Shown: positions 36,901 to 49,800 of the stretch, piece after piece
How positions within the stretch are numbered: the first letter of the stretch is position 1
Layout of the letters: each line of letters begins with the position of its first letter
Source: Amoebophrya sp. A120
Taxonomy: Eukaryota; Protista; Dinoflagellata
Direction of reading: 5' to 3'
NCBI GenBank assembly: GCA_905178155.1
Contig: CAJINV010000002.1
Span: forward strand, 2,229,216 to 2,293,215
Length of the DNA: 64,000 nt
Notes under the pieces: model-generated
Databases searched by the model: none
The model's input: the letters and a program-made list of their open reading frames with translations, nothing else
Told to the model about the DNA's origin: nothing
Program-made: the position numbers and the translations under genes

Positions 36901-39900
36901 CTGGTCATGCATCACAGACAGTTAGGAGTCATGAGAGACAAGCATGACAAGCTTCCATTCTTCCAGACCCAGACATATTTGCAATGCATAAGAGGAGAAA
37001 TCATACTGCTGTCCTCGGCAACACTATCCTGAGTAAAAAAGTACCCACACCAGAGTTGTAATGCAGATTTGCAAAGACAGGAAGACTTGTAATGCGCATC
37101 CCCATGAGAGCCATTTCCAGTCGTGTTTTGGAATTTGTGATGCTGTGAACAGGATGAGCAGATGAATCTGTGACGCGGCTGCACTTGCTAACCTGCACTA
37201 CACTGCATAGTGCAACTTGTCATGCGTGACTCACAAAACTCCTCGGTTTGTGTTGCAAAATCCTCATCCTGACTCTGGTGTGGGTATGTTTTTACTCAGG
37301 ATAAACACTGGCTTCCTCTGACTTGGACTCGTCGAGAACACCAGGCGCATCCTGAGCTCTGATTGTACTTGCAGCACAAGCATCCTTCCTGAGCGAGGTT
37401 GTTCCCTGCGGTGGTGCGCTGAAGGTTTTACTGGTGCCAGAGCCCGCTGCAGTTGTTGTCCCATCTGCTGAGGTTGGAGAAAAAGAACTTGCGGAAGAGG
37501 AGATTAACTTTCTCTGCTGCAGTTTGGACAAAGGTTTCGTCGTAATCGCAGCGCTGCCGTTGGAAGTGGAAAGCGTGGTCGTTGGAACTACTGCCGAGGC
37601 ATGTTTTGATGCAGCACCATTCGCATTGGTCGACGTGACCTGTTCGCTGGAAGACGGTGTTCGTATGGTTGTTTCGGTTTCCTTGTTTCCGGTTGTACTA
37701 GCAGCTGTGGTCGAAATCGCTGGGGGTACCGGCCGTTTTATTTCCGGATTGACGGTCGTTGTACTAGCAACAGCGCCTCCAGGAGCGGCAGCAGTGACTC
37801 CACCTGCACCACTCCCAGCTGGCTTCGCCTCATGATGTCCGGATGTATTTTTCGAATTTTGCGCAGAAGAAGCCACGGAATTCTTCGATGAGACAGCGCT
37901 CGCCATTCCACCAAACCCCCGTTGACTTGTCCTGGCTTCCTTGTGAAGTTCTAAAATCCTCGCATAAGTTCTCACTCCCGTCATGTACGGGTTTGTGTTC
38001 ACGTTCATCGCATTTGAAGTTGTTGTGCCTGCTTGTTCGTCTCCGTTTTCCTCGTCAATCGAAAACAGTTGTCTCCGCTTCTCACCTATCAAATGCAAAA
38101 ATGTCTGGGTCTGGATTGAACCAACTTATCATGCTAAATCTGAATCATGTAAAAAATCTGTGTTGCATGATTACCAAAAGCTGTCCACTTTTGAGCTAAT
38201 CGCGAGGCAGTTTCTCATGCAGGATAGGCATGATAGAACTCTCAAAAAATCTGTCATGCTATGTCCTACATACCAGACGTCCTGGGTCATGGAAAACCTG
38301 CATGACAAGTCTGGCATTCTCCCAGACCCAGACATATTTGCAGTTGATATCATACGAGTCCACTTCTCCAAGCTGACTGTGGTGGAGCTTGTACTTGGCT
38401 TATGCAGTGCAAAAGTATCGCACTGTACTCGTATTGTAATCATGCATCACAAGTCTTTTTCTTATAGGTAAATCAGCATTACAAATTTCATTTCTCATGC
38501 TGAGGAAGTTTGTAATGCATTTATACGAGTACGATACTTTTGCAATGCATATTGCTGTCGCAGGGTTGATATTCATCATCGGTGTTGTTGACCCAGCAGT
38601 GGTCCCACCAACAGCAGTTCTTGGCGTAACCACCCGGCTAGTAGTAGTATTAATCTCCGGGTTAATGTTGACCGTCCTCACCAAGGAAAATCCGGCTAAA
38701 CTTTCCTTCTCCGTCCGTAAACGGATGCGGTCCAGAATGATCCTATGAGAGTGCACAGCTCCCCCTTCCCCTCATTTGTGATGCAAAACCCCGAGTCCAA
38801 GTGCTGCCCTGTGGCACTCTTTGCATGACAGATTTTTCCGGAACCTCAAACAGTACTACAGTAGGCGCATAAATTTGTCATGCACAGGCTCCACGTTTGC
38901 TGGTGTTTGTATTGCTGTGTATGCCATACAAATGCGGAAGAGGGGGGGGGGTTGTCCACTCTCATAGATCCTCGCGAACTTCGACAAACCCGTGATTTTC
39001 CCGACGGAAGGGCAGTCGATCTCGAACTCTTTTCTTGGTTTTGATATTCCTTATCAAATGCAAAAATATCTGGGTCTGGAACAATGTCATGCTGTTTTTG
39101 CATGAAACAAAATGTCTGTCATGGAAGCCCTAGCATCACAGATTTCGAGAAACTTCCGCATTGCCTAATCCGCATGACAAATCCCCCATTTTGGTGACAG
39201 GAAGTGGGCGCCTTTTGCTGCCTATGCAAGAGAGATTTGTCTGTGTTGTGAAATGCGCATCACAAGTTCGCATCCTTCCAGACCCAAACATTTTTGCATT
39301 TGATATTCCTGGTGGTTTAACTTCTTCTTCCCCACCAGACCTCACCTCTGCATCTGACACGTCGCCGAAGTCTTCGTCGTTCTTATTGCTCGTTTTGCTC
39401 GTGGTCTTGCTGATAGAAGATTCTTTCCCCTTTCTGTACCGGTTCTTCGAATACACCTTCCCTAACCGTCTGCGCAGCTTCTCATCCGTGGTTTCCTCGA
39501 AGAAAAACCCGGGGGTTGGTTTTACCCGGAGAAAATGCTGCTTCCGCTCCTCCTCATACTGTTTTAGAAGTTCCGGCTGCTCGTCTTTTTGTAGATCCTT
39601 TGCATCTTTATCTGCATGTTGATTACCTCCAGCAGCCGTTATTTTACTGCCGGTAGTTTTGCTAGAACTCTTCTTCTTCGAGTGGATCCCAGAGTTCTGA
39701 GCTGTATCAGCAGTAGCTTTCGCTAACTCCATAAACCGCTTCCTCCTCGCCTCCTCTTCATGTTTCGGAAACAGTTCATCCAGTTTCTCAAGCAAGACCT
39801 GCCCGGCGCTGCTGATTCGCAACTTGGAGAGAGGAGAGGCACTAGTACCCGTAATTCTGGGGTCGGGGAGGGTCAGGGAGGTTGTGGCCGTCGGTAGGTG

Positions 39901-40543
39901 TAGTTCCCCATCGTTGCCAGAGGTGGCGGTGAGCCTGAACGTCGTGTTTTGACAATGAATCTCAGAAGCGAGGTAAGCCATGACATCAAGCCCATTTTTT
40001 CAGTTTGTAGTTCTGTTACTTAGCGTGAGTGTCACGAGGACCATATTGGTATTCATCCAACACAGTGCGAAAAACAAGTACTGTCTAACATCCACTTTCC
40101 GAATTTCCGCGGCAATTTCGTCCAACGGTTTTTTCAGAAACTCGTCCGCGTCCTGCTTCAATTTTTGAAAAATTTTCTTCCGCTGCGCCTCCCTCTCCTG
40201 CCTCTGCAATTCTAAGTCGGGGTTTAGAACGTTGGCTTCGCGGAGGGTCGCGTCATCAAAGGAGAGGGCGTGAAGACCTGTGGTGGTTATGGCCTTACAC
40301 TTTTATGCTGTAAAACATGCATTGCAAATTGTTGTGAGTATCGTATGTATGATCATGATGCACATGCATAGTTCTGCTTCTGTGTCTGTCCATAAAAATG
40401 CACGATAAACACATAAGAATACTGATATCGTCCGCCGCAATGGAAGTTGGCGTTGGTGGCAAATTTGCAAGCATGTCCAGTGCCGTCCCAGGCTGAACTT
40501 GTTCAGCGGACGAGGGAATAGTACCTTGCGTCTGCTCGACCAT
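33924..40543 (-). CDS. Large low-complexity (S/T/Q/G-rich) hypothetical protein, at least 12 exons; 5' end uncertain
   Basis: Successive ORF pieces join in frame across the introners tested (…ESPNPPAPALV…, …EASVAEDSSMISPLGAV…, …ATAKYKLHH…DSYEKRRQ…). Confidence 0.65.
34240..34565. mobile_element. Introner family E
   Basis: TIR tattg…aaaaatcccccctccccatatc / gatatggggaggggggatttt…caata; TSD gcgca/gcgcg. Confidence 0.87.
34745..34953. mobile_element. Introner family C
   Basis: Family C TIRs; TSD tccct. Confidence 0.92.
36144..36464. mobile_element. Introner family E
   Basis: Family E TIRs; TSD tgtga; close relative of 57103-57423. Confidence 0.88.
36736..36990. mobile_element. Introner family A (variant)
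   Basis: Family A TIRs; TSD agagg. Confidence 0.92.
37025..37303. mobile_element. Introner family D
   Basis: TIR tatcctgagtaaaaa / tttttactcaggata; TSD aacac. Confidence 0.92.
38087..38349. mobile_element. Introner family A
   Basis: Family A TIRs; imperfect TSD tcacc/tcata. Confidence 0.88.
38401..38551. mobile_element. Introner family B
   Basis: Family B TIRs; TSD tggct/ttgct. Confidence 0.88.
38744..38966. mobile_element. Introner family H
   Basis: TIR tatgagagtgcaca / tgtccactctcata; TSD gatcc. Confidence 0.88.
39052..39305. mobile_element. Introner family A
   Basis: Family A TIRs; TSD ttcct. Confidence 0.92.
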
Positions 40544-41139
40544 CTTGCTTTTGTGCTGTATCAATTTCGATATTGCAACGGCGCCAAAGTGATGTTAGTA
40601 GAACTTTCTCTGAAAGAGGACAGAGAAAATCCCGGGAACGAAAAGAAAGCTCTCTCGTTTGTAGTGAAATCGGGGAGCTGCAGCAGGGATAGGGAAATAA
40701 CGGAAAAACAAGTGACACACAGCAGACACAGGACGAGGACAACCGATGTTGCGAAACGACAGATGACACTTCTAGTCAGCGACTGATAGGACAGTGGTCG
40801 CTGCTCCTTCCAGAAGAATTGAACGAACAGCACAAGAATTCTTCCAACTGGCGTGGTCTCCATACGCGCGTTTTTCTTCCTTTCGTGTTTTTCCCTAAAA
40901 GCCCTTGAGGCACACAATCTCAGATTACTTCTTGTTCTGCTAGTTCATTTTTGAAACATTACAGTGGTAATGTGGATCTTCCCCATCATTCGAAAAAACG
41001 CGTGTCTGTATTCTCAAAGAAACAAATATTCTGAAGCAGCCGTAGTAGTGCAAATCACTTTAATGTTGACGACGATATCGTCCTTATCGTCCTTACCCCA
41101 CGTCGATGAAGAAAGACAGCACCTTCCACCCTCTCCAGC

Positions 41140-41981
41140 TCACTTCTTCTCCTTCGCCAGCAACGCTCCAGCACGCGCCGCTGCCGCATCCGGCGCAGTT
41201 GTAGCCGGCTCGCCCCCTGCCCCTGCTTCCGCCGCACCGCCGGTAGCCCCACCTCCCATGCTCATCCCAGCCCAGGTTGCTGGCGGGCACTGTAGCGCGT
41301 TCTCTTGGCAGTTCTATCAAATGCAAATATGTCTGGGTCTGGAAGAGTCGGGGTTTGTCATGCGCATTTTACATGATCCGTGAGGTCATTGATGCAGGTC
41401 CTAGCATCACAGGATTTTTGAGAGTTTCTTGATGCTTATCACGCATGAGAAATGCCCTCTCTGCGTGCCAAGAACTGGACTCCTCTTGCTGCTCATGCAA
41501 CACAGATATTTTTAGAATCCGCAGACAGCATTACAAGTCCCACTCTTCCAGACCCAGACATATTTGCAATGCATAAGTTCGCGGCCTCGCAGATGTCCGC
41601 CTGGAACTTCTTCTTGTCGACCCCCGGTAGGTAGCGACAGGATTTTTCCGTGTACGGGTGGGTCGTCCGACACGCGGCACACGCGGACTCGTAGGTGTGA
41701 AATTCGTGCTTCCGGGCGCGTTCCGCGGCCTTTTCGTAGGCTTTTTCCGTCATTTCACGCACCGCCTGCTCGGTCGCTTCGTTCTTTTGATCTTGGACAG
41801 AAATCACCTTGTGTTTCGAGTTCTGGTTGTGGGAGATAGTTGCTTTCGCAGTCGCGGTAACCTTCTGCTTTTGGATCTGGGCTGCATTGGCGAAGGTGGG
41901 GGTGAAAAATCCGAGGAGTAGAGAGGAAAATTGGAAGATGCAGACCGATTTGATCCGGTTCCTGGACAGCGTCAGCGTCAT
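41140..41981 (-). CDS. Small, probably secreted protein with a Cys cluster (2 exons)
   Basis: Hydrophobic N-terminal stretch ending FANA. …DICEAANCQENALQCPP… joins in frame across 41315-41575; TGA at 41140-41142. Confidence 0.65.
41315..41575. mobile_element. Introner family A
   Basis: Family A TIRs; TSD agttc. Confidence 0.92.
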
Positions 41982-42406
41982 CTTGTTTGGGTCAGCTTGT
42001 TGCGCAGGGCAGACAGGTGTTGAAAACTCGAGATGCGGCCGCGTGAAACAATTGTACAGGAATAAGATACTGGATACACAGAATTGATGAAAGAGTACGG
42101 TTGCCATTTGTTGCTTTTGGTCTAATGAAGACGTCGTAACCTTCTGCTGTGGCTCACCACTCACTGAAGAACGCAGACAGTCTCAGTCTCTCTCGTCTGC
42201 TACTAAATGCTCTCATTTATTTCGGGTAACTTCAGTACAGACAGATGATGTTTCGTATCTGTGAGCGCCACTTCCGTAAAAAATCATGGAACATCTGCAC
42301 TGTCAATAGCACTTACCAAATCCGCGACAAAGGATCAGGCTTCTCTAGCGTAAGTGAATAGATTTTGTAGTTCTCAAAAATTCGAAAACAGCCTTTCTGT
42401 TTCTAT

Positions 42407-44778
42407 CTACTGCAAAATAAACATCACGGGCTTCCCGATGTCAATGTCCTGCAAAGCCCTCCCCTTATCCGCCGGATCCGCACTGAAAAGCCTCACACTC
42501 TTCCCTTCCTGGTGCGCTACTGCAATCACTTTTCTATGTACTGCAGTAACATCATCAACTTCCACACCTTTGTTTCTAAACGACCCGCTTCCAACCGGAT
42601 CATCCAGAACGGTTGTGTGCCTTGGTTGAAAATCTGTTTCTGTGCTGAAAACAAACTCCGGTGGGTCTTTGCTATCCGCTGTGTTCCATCTCAGCATGTG
42701 GATCTTCCCTTTCTCTCTCCCATCGCGGACTCCCCGATCTGTCGCGACGATCAAATTCCCATCCACCGCCACCACGTCCGCCCCGCCCTCGGCGTTGGGG
42801 TTTAGAAGCGGTAACTCAGTCTCCGACAAAATCTCTAGCTGGGACGATGAAAAATCATTTTTTACAACACTTTTCATCTTCCCGTCGGATTCCTGAAAAA
42901 TCACCGGTTCTTTCAGTTTCAACTTCAAAACTCTCGTCGGAACATTAGGTGGCTCCTGCGTAATCGCGTAGAGTATCGTTTTGTCTTCAGAATCCTGCAC
43001 CATGGACCGGACCGGGTAGTTGCTCAAAATTTTCGTCATCTGTAACGTAACCGTATCACGACCCTCGTCCGTGTGGTCGAAGTTAATCATACCCTGCACG
43101 GAGTAAATCCCGCCGTTTTCGGCAGGGTTATTCCTCGTCCCAGACCAGGAAAGTGCCATGCCGTCGCCCACATCGAAAGCGAGAATATCGTCGCCGAATG
43201 TTGCGGTTGAGGGTGCTCCTCCGCACCGTACTGGGGTTCGCTTATCCAAAACCAGCACGTTGTGCACGTGGTGTGGCCCAAAATAACCGTCGTTCACTTG
43301 ATCATTCCCCGGCCGGGCCAATTTCGCGCCGGTTATTTTCGTTGTGGTTAACAATTCACTATTTTTTCCGCTTTTATTTCCACTTATGATCTCAGCCACC
43401 CAAACCCCGCTACTCAGTCCTTCCTTCCCGAAGGCCGCACCGTAAATCACGTTCGGTTTCCTTGCTGACACCATGGCACCGCAGGGGTTTTGTAGGTTCA
43501 TGGGTAATATGGATTGTAAAAATGTCTGGGTCTGGAAGAATGCATGTTTGTCATGCTTGTCTGGCATGACTCTCGAATCTGTCATGCACGTTACCCAAGA
43601 GCGCCATTTTTCTGTCATGCAGAAACGCAGTTTGTCATGCACAATAGACAGCACCTAGAAGCTCAGAAACTTGTCATGCTGAGCCAGCACTTGCGGGATC
43701 CTCATGATACGCCACCCAGCATCACGAGTTTCCTGACCCAGACATTTTTACATTTGATAGGTAAGGAAAGTTCTTTCGTTGTTTCAATAGACACGACGAC
43801 GGATCTTCCAAGCGTAGTAGATTCATCGTGGATCTTCAGTTGTGGGGCTGCACTTCTCGGAGATTTTTGCGGAAGTGCGGCTTGTGCTTCCCTATCAAAT
43901 GCAATATTGTCTGGGTCTGGATTGTTGCCGGGTTTGTCATGCATATTTCGCATGGCCCAGGATGTCTGTAATGCACGACCTAACGTCACAGATTTTTAGA
44001 GGGCTTCCTGATGCCTACTCCGCATGACAAATGCCCTCCCCGCGTAGCACAAACTAGACTCCTCTTGCTGGGCATGCAATACAGATTTTTTTGAAGTCCA
44101 ACGTTAGCAACACAAGTTTCGACCTTCCACCCCCAGACACTTTTGCATTTGATATTCCCTACTGTTGCACAAGTCGAGGACGAAGAGGTCTTTTTCTCTG
44201 TTATTCGGGTCCGCGTCAACATCTTGGAGGAGGATGAGGGGGTTCTTTCTAGTACCATCGCCATTTTCAGCACCAGAACCGGAAACACTTGTTCCACTAT
44301 CTTCAAGAACAAACCTTGTCGCCCACGCCAGCGTCTTGGGTTTCTTCGTTCTTTCTAGTACCGGAATACTAGCGCTGCAGCTTTCATCATCCCTATACAC
44401 AAGTTCAAAATCGGCAACCTGCACGAATTTCCCAGTGATGCCCACCCGAGAAAACGCCTTCACGAAATTCTCTCCGATGGCGTAAAATGCAATGTATTTT
44501 TCGCAGTCCGCACGGGTCGTGACGAGGGGATTGATGTGGGTTGCTCTGTAGACCGTGTTATAGTCCAACAATTCGTTTTTTCCGTGATACGCCGGCTGCT
44601 GCGGCGGGGGTGGCTTGGCTCCACCAGAGACATCGAGCGGTTTTTGATCTCCTGTGCCAGGAGGTCCACTTTCACCGGACATTGGCGCCGCCTGAGCACC
44701 CTCTTCCTTTCTGCCTGTGCTTGTATTTTTGTTCACTGCAGCTCCCAAGTAGGGAGGTACTACTGTTCCTGGAGCCAT
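42407..44778 (-). CDS. Hypothetical protein, possibly a beta-propeller (3 or more exons; frame stays open upstream of 44778)
   Basis: …LCNSREAQAALP…KELSLPMNLQNPCG… joins in frame across two introners; rich in beta-strand-like segments. Confidence 0.7.
43508..43759. mobile_element. Introner family A (variant)
   Basis: Family A TIRs; TSD ggtaa. Confidence 0.92.
43893..44154. mobile_element. Introner family A
   Basis: Family A TIRs; TSD ttccc. Confidence 0.92.
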
Positions 44779-45501
44779 GTGACCCTCGTCTGTCGCGGTA
44801 GCTTTTTCCTTTGACGCTTCGAGGACCGCATGTGCAATAATCGAGGATCTCTTTGAGGATTTATCTTGGAGTTCTTCATGTGGGCCACGAGATCTTTGAG
44901 AACCGAGACATTCCTCTAACGGACATATTCATCAACTTCAATCTTATTCCACGTTGCCGCTTGTTTTTCAAACGTGATCCGATCTCTGATACACCCAGTT
45001 TCTAATCACCGACCAGATTTCGCAACCGACACATCTAGAACGTCGTGATTTTGCTCTTCAGAGGAGCGAGGAGCTAGCAAAAGAGCCCAGAAGCTCTTGG
45101 CTTTTTGTGACCATTTTTCATCAGTCACATTTTTTGTTCAAAGTAGTTTGCAACTATATCGTACAAAAATTTTCTCTGCTTGTTGCAATACAGTTTCGGG
45201 CAACGATAAGGCACGTTCTTGCGCATCGCTCCTTAACTCACAAAACGATTACCTGGCACACGAACCAGTAAAAGAATATTGCTGTTCATCGTAGGTATGG
45301 AATAGTACTTTATACAGAAGCTGCTATCCTCTTGTAGTAGAACTAGAAAGGGTCGCTTGTATTAGAAACATACCACGGTAAAGGGCCCAATGCGACTTGT
45401 AGAACTGCCACCCTCAATTTCAAAGAAATGAACCTACAGAAGGCAACATCTTCAATGACAACGAGTTTCATGATCACAGCCCCTAGTACGTAGTAGTAGT
45501 T

Positions 45502-47161
45502 CTATAAGCGAAACAGCCGGGGCCCGGAACCTATCAAATGCAAAAATGTCTGGGTCTGGAAGAATGCAACTTGTGATGCTGCGTTTGGACTCTACATAGA
45601 ATCTGTATTGCATGAACAGCAAAAGAGGTGTCATTTGTGCTATGCGGAGAGGGCTTTTCTCATGCGGTAAGAGCATCAGAAAGCCCTCGCAAAATCTCTG
45701 ATGCTAGGGCATGCATCACAGACCTCATGGGTCATGCAAAATCTGCATGACAAACTCATGCATTCTTCCAGACCCAGACATTTCTGCAATCCATAGAACC
45801 ACGGACGTTGCGGAGGTTCATCGTCACCACGTCCCTGGTTGGGTGTAAAGTGGACTCGGTATGCATTGCAAAAGTATCGCACTCGTAGGGGAATTGCAGT
45901 TACGCATGACAAATCTAACTGTCTACCTTATCCAGCATGACAAATTGCGTTTCTCTTCTTAGGGAAATTTGTAATGCTACTTATACTCGTACGATACTTT
46001 TGCAATGCATACTCGGTAAAGTGGTCCAATTTACTAGCTGGGTTCGGCCCTATCGGCAGTGTCTGCGCCCAGGCGGTGCGCGGCGTCACGCGGGTGTAGG
46101 TGGCCGACATGCGGGGCGCATTATCCTGTGCAAAAGTATCGCACTCGTATTGCAGTCATGCATTACTTCTTGAGGTAAATCTGCATTACAAATTTTATCT
46201 CTCATGCTGAAGAAATTTGTAATGCATTTATACGAGTACGATACTTTTGCAGTTCATACGCATCGAAAATGAAAGACCGCGGCGGGTACTGCATCATGGG
46301 CGAGCCCTTCCCGGCCGCTCTCACGTCGTTATACGGACTGGCGGAGTATGCACTGCAAAAGTATCGTACTCGTACTTCTAATCACAGTCATGCATTGCAA
46401 ATCTAGTAATCAAGGGAAATCCGCATTACAAATTACATTTGTAATGTTGAGCCAATTATTTCTAATGCGATTCATACTAGTACGATACTTTTGCACAGCA
46501 TACGGAGAGGCTGATGGCCCTCCGGGGCGGCGGGGGTGTCACCAGGAGCCGCTCGGCATGTCGCGAAGCCGCCGGAATCACGGTACCATCCTGCAAGTTG
46601 TAGTAGTACGCTCGCTATCCTGTGCAAAAGTATCGTACTCGTATTGCAATCATGCATTACAAATTTTTTTCTAAAGGCAAATCCGCGTTTTCTATTTCTC
46701 ACGCTGAGCAAATTTGCAATGCATTTATACGAGTACGATACTTTTGCAATGCATACTGGCGCATTCCGGGGCACAAACAGCTCATCACGGTGAATATGGT
46801 GGGTATTGTTCCGCTGTCTCTGCTTGTCAGAGGACGAGTGTCCATGATTCCGCTTCACGTACGATGATGCCGAGTGGCTCCGTCGGTGGTGGCGATGCTG
46901 ATCGCTGTGCCGGTGGTGCTGCTTCTTGTTCTTCCGCTCTCCACCATGAAAAAGATCCCTGCGAAAGTTGACACGGCCTGGTGCAGCTCCATCATCATCG
47001 CTGACCGTGTAGAGAGGCCGCTCCTGGTGGTGGCGACTGCGGGTCAAGCGCAGGTGCAGGTCTTCGGAACGGGCTGAGATGATGGTTGAAGAGCGGTCCG
47101 TTTCCAGCGGGTCGTACTGAAAGTAGGTGTACTGTTCGCGCCCGCGGGCTGAGCCTGACAT
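45502..47161 (-). CDS. Hypothetical His/Arg-rich protein (6 exons, 5 introners)
   Basis: Hand-splicing all five elements plus one TSD each gives one open frame, MSGSARG…NVRGSGPRLFRL*, ending at a TAG at 45502-45504. Confidence 0.75.
45532..45795. mobile_element. Introner family A
   Basis: Family A TIRs; TSD gaacc. Confidence 0.92.
45860..46011. mobile_element. Introner family B
   Basis: Family B TIRs; TSD ctcgg. Confidence 0.92.
46122..46258. mobile_element. Introner family B
   Basis: Family B TIRs; TSD cgcat. Confidence 0.92.
46347..46502. mobile_element. Introner family B
   Basis: Family B TIRs; TSD cggag. Confidence 0.92.
46616..46755. mobile_element. Introner family B
   Basis: Family B TIRs; TSD ctcgc/ctggc. 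Confidence 0.9.
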
Positions 47162-48186
47162 GCTGTCTGCTGATCTATCACCGAAGTACTAAAGTTGCTC
47201 GCAAGGACTTGATTGTATCTTCAAAAAAAACAACTTCAAAACCCTCGCCAGCGGTGCCACGAGGTCTATCTTTTTTCACGCTGAGAGTTGTAGCACCAGT
47301 GCGCCGTATCAAAAAGATATATGAGATGATGTTGATGAACTACTTAGACTTACACGTAGAAAGATTTCAGTGTCGGTAGTTTTTGCAGATCTGATCTGCG
47401 CCTTGGCTTCTAGTTTTCTTCACGACACCAGCACATTACTTGATGATTGCGTAAGTACTTACACGGTATTCGTTCTTCTGTTTTGTATACCGAAACACAT
47501 CCTGAAACCGATCGAAAACCTCCGAAGAGTACTAGACCCCCACATTTGACGAGTGCCACGACCGAGAGTACTGTACTGGTGCGATGACGGAGGACAAAAA
47601 GTAAACAGAAATAATGAAGTGGAATAAGTAACGCGACGACCCAGGAACGGAAGATTCTTGCAGACCGAGAACGAGCAAAAGCGAAGAAGGCCATGCACGA
47701 CCCAGTCGTGCTGACTCAACGGCAGCTTGGCCGCATGTTGCCCTTAAGCGAGTGCGATACGCAGATGCGCGCTCTACTTCTACTACTTTCGTGCAAAACC
47801 GTGATATTTTCTGATGGTGTCAATATTAGGTTTCAATTTAGTTTTAGACTTGCCTTTGCTGTTCCTGTGTCAAAATTAATTTTACATGTAGAGTATTCTG
47901 ATATAAGCAGGCACAAAAAAGCTAGCGAAAGCTGTAGCATGTCAGTGAGTTCGTCTTCGTCGATTCAAGTCTGTAAAAGTACCTAGCACAAAAAATTCAG
48001 TCAAGAGAAGTTGTAGATATTCAGTTTGCTTAGCGGTAAAGTGTAATGGACAAGGATGAAAAGGAAAAATCCCAGTATCGAAATAAAGAGCGTAGACAGC
48101 GTCTGCATTATGGATAAAAAGAAGCAGTAGAGCGGCCATCACGGATCTGACCCGCCTCCGGATTCATTTTCCACCTCCTGAACCTT

Positions 48187-49545
48187 CTACTCCGGCGAAG
48201 TAAGATTGGTAAAGTTGCGGTGGGGGAACAGGTAGGGCCACACGTACTTGTTGGTAGTGTTTCGCAGCCACGACGATCGGTCGAAGAGGGCTTTCGTACC
48301 ATGGATGAGACCGTAGAGTCCCGAGTTGAGCGCTGTCCACACGCCCACTTGCCCTCCGGCGAGCTGAGCTGGAATCATGGCCACCTTGGCCGCTTGGCCC
48401 GGGATGAACGAGTGCAGGAACTTCCCGTAACCGATTCCGAGGGCCGCAACGGCTTGCTTCAGAAAGTTGTGCGACGCGGTGTCCGCATCGCAGCGGAGCA
48501 AGAGCGAACTGAGAAGCGCCGGATCGTGCCGCGGCTCAACACCGTCGTCCTGATACTATCAAATGCAAAAGTGTCTGGGTCGGGACGAATGCCAGGCTTG
48601 TCATGCAGGTTTTCCATGACCCACGATAGTCTGTGATGTATGCCCTAGCATTACAGACTTTTAGAACCCTTCCTGATGCACCTTCCGCATGAGAAATGCC
48701 CTGTCCGTGTAGCACAAACTGGACCCCTCTTGCTGGTCATGCAATACAAATTTTTTTCGAGTCCCAAAACAGCATGACAAGTTGCAATCTTCCAGACCCA
48801 GACATATTGGCAATTCATAGATACAGGGTTATCTTCATTTTCCGCCCGCCAAACCACCACTCCCACGGTTTCCCCGATGTTGCCCCGACGTACTCATATA
48901 CGCTGCAAAAGGATCGTCGCACTCCGACTATATTAATCCGCAGTCATGCATGCATGTTGTTCATCGAGGGTTCTTCTAAGATAAGAAGAAAACGTAAATC
49001 AGCATTACAAATTTGACGTTCCAACTTTAGACTGTAAGTTTATGTGATGGAATTCATCCATACGTAGTTGTACAAGTAGTGCGCGATGCTTTTGCATTAT
49101 GCGTAACTCCAGCTTCGCGATCAAATTGTCTTTCCGATCCCTCTATCAAATGCAAAAATGTCTGGGTCTGGAAGATTCTGAGTCTTGTCATGCACGGTTT
49201 GCATGAGCCATGATGTCTGTGATGCATGCCCTAGCATCACAGGTTTTCTGAGGGAATCTTGATGCCTATTCCGCATGACAAATGCCCTCCCCGCGTAGCA
49301 AAAACTGGAATCTTTTTGCTGCTCATGCAACAGAAATTTTTTAGACATCCAGATGCAGCATCACAAGTTACCACCTTCCAGACCCAGACATTTTTGCAAT
49401 CCATACCCTCATGACGAGGACTGGGCGGTGGAAGGCGCTCGCGAGGCTGAATGCTCGTTGGTTGAGCCACTCCGGCATTTCGATTCGGTACACCCAGTCA
49501 CCCGGGTGCTTCTGCCGGCTGTAGGGCAGCTGGCCGTATTGCAAT
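48187..49545 (-). CDS. Hypothetical protein (4 or more exons; start codon not located)
   Basis: …QYGQLPYSRQKHPGDWVY…PVLVMRDRKDNLIAKLEYVGATSGKPWEWWF…TLYQDDGVEP… stays open across three introners. Confidence 0.65.
48557..48819. mobile_element. Introner family A
   Basis: Family A TIRs; TSD gatac. Confidence 0.9.
48897..49105. mobile_element. Introner family B (diverged)
   Basis: tatacgctgcaaaaggatcg … cgatgcttttgcattatgcgta; TSD actca/actcc. Confidence 0.78.
49144..49405. mobile_element. Introner family A
   Basis: Family A TIRs; TSD ccctc. Confidence 0.92.
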
Positions 49546-49800
49546 GAAAAATGCCCCCACCTTCGAACTACTTGGGAGCATTAGTATTTGGGGCTCGCGC
49601 CGCCGTGCAGGCACAACGGCGCGGGGATCTGCGCATAACAATAGAAAAGCAGTACTGCAGCAACTAGAAACAGTTCGAAGAGGCTTGGTTGAAGAGCTGG
49701 AGCGTACTTTCTTTGGGGCTGGCTGTTCCCGGAAGGGCAGCCGACGCACTAACGCCGCGCGATGATGGCAAACAGCTTGATGGCAACAAAGTACAAAATA

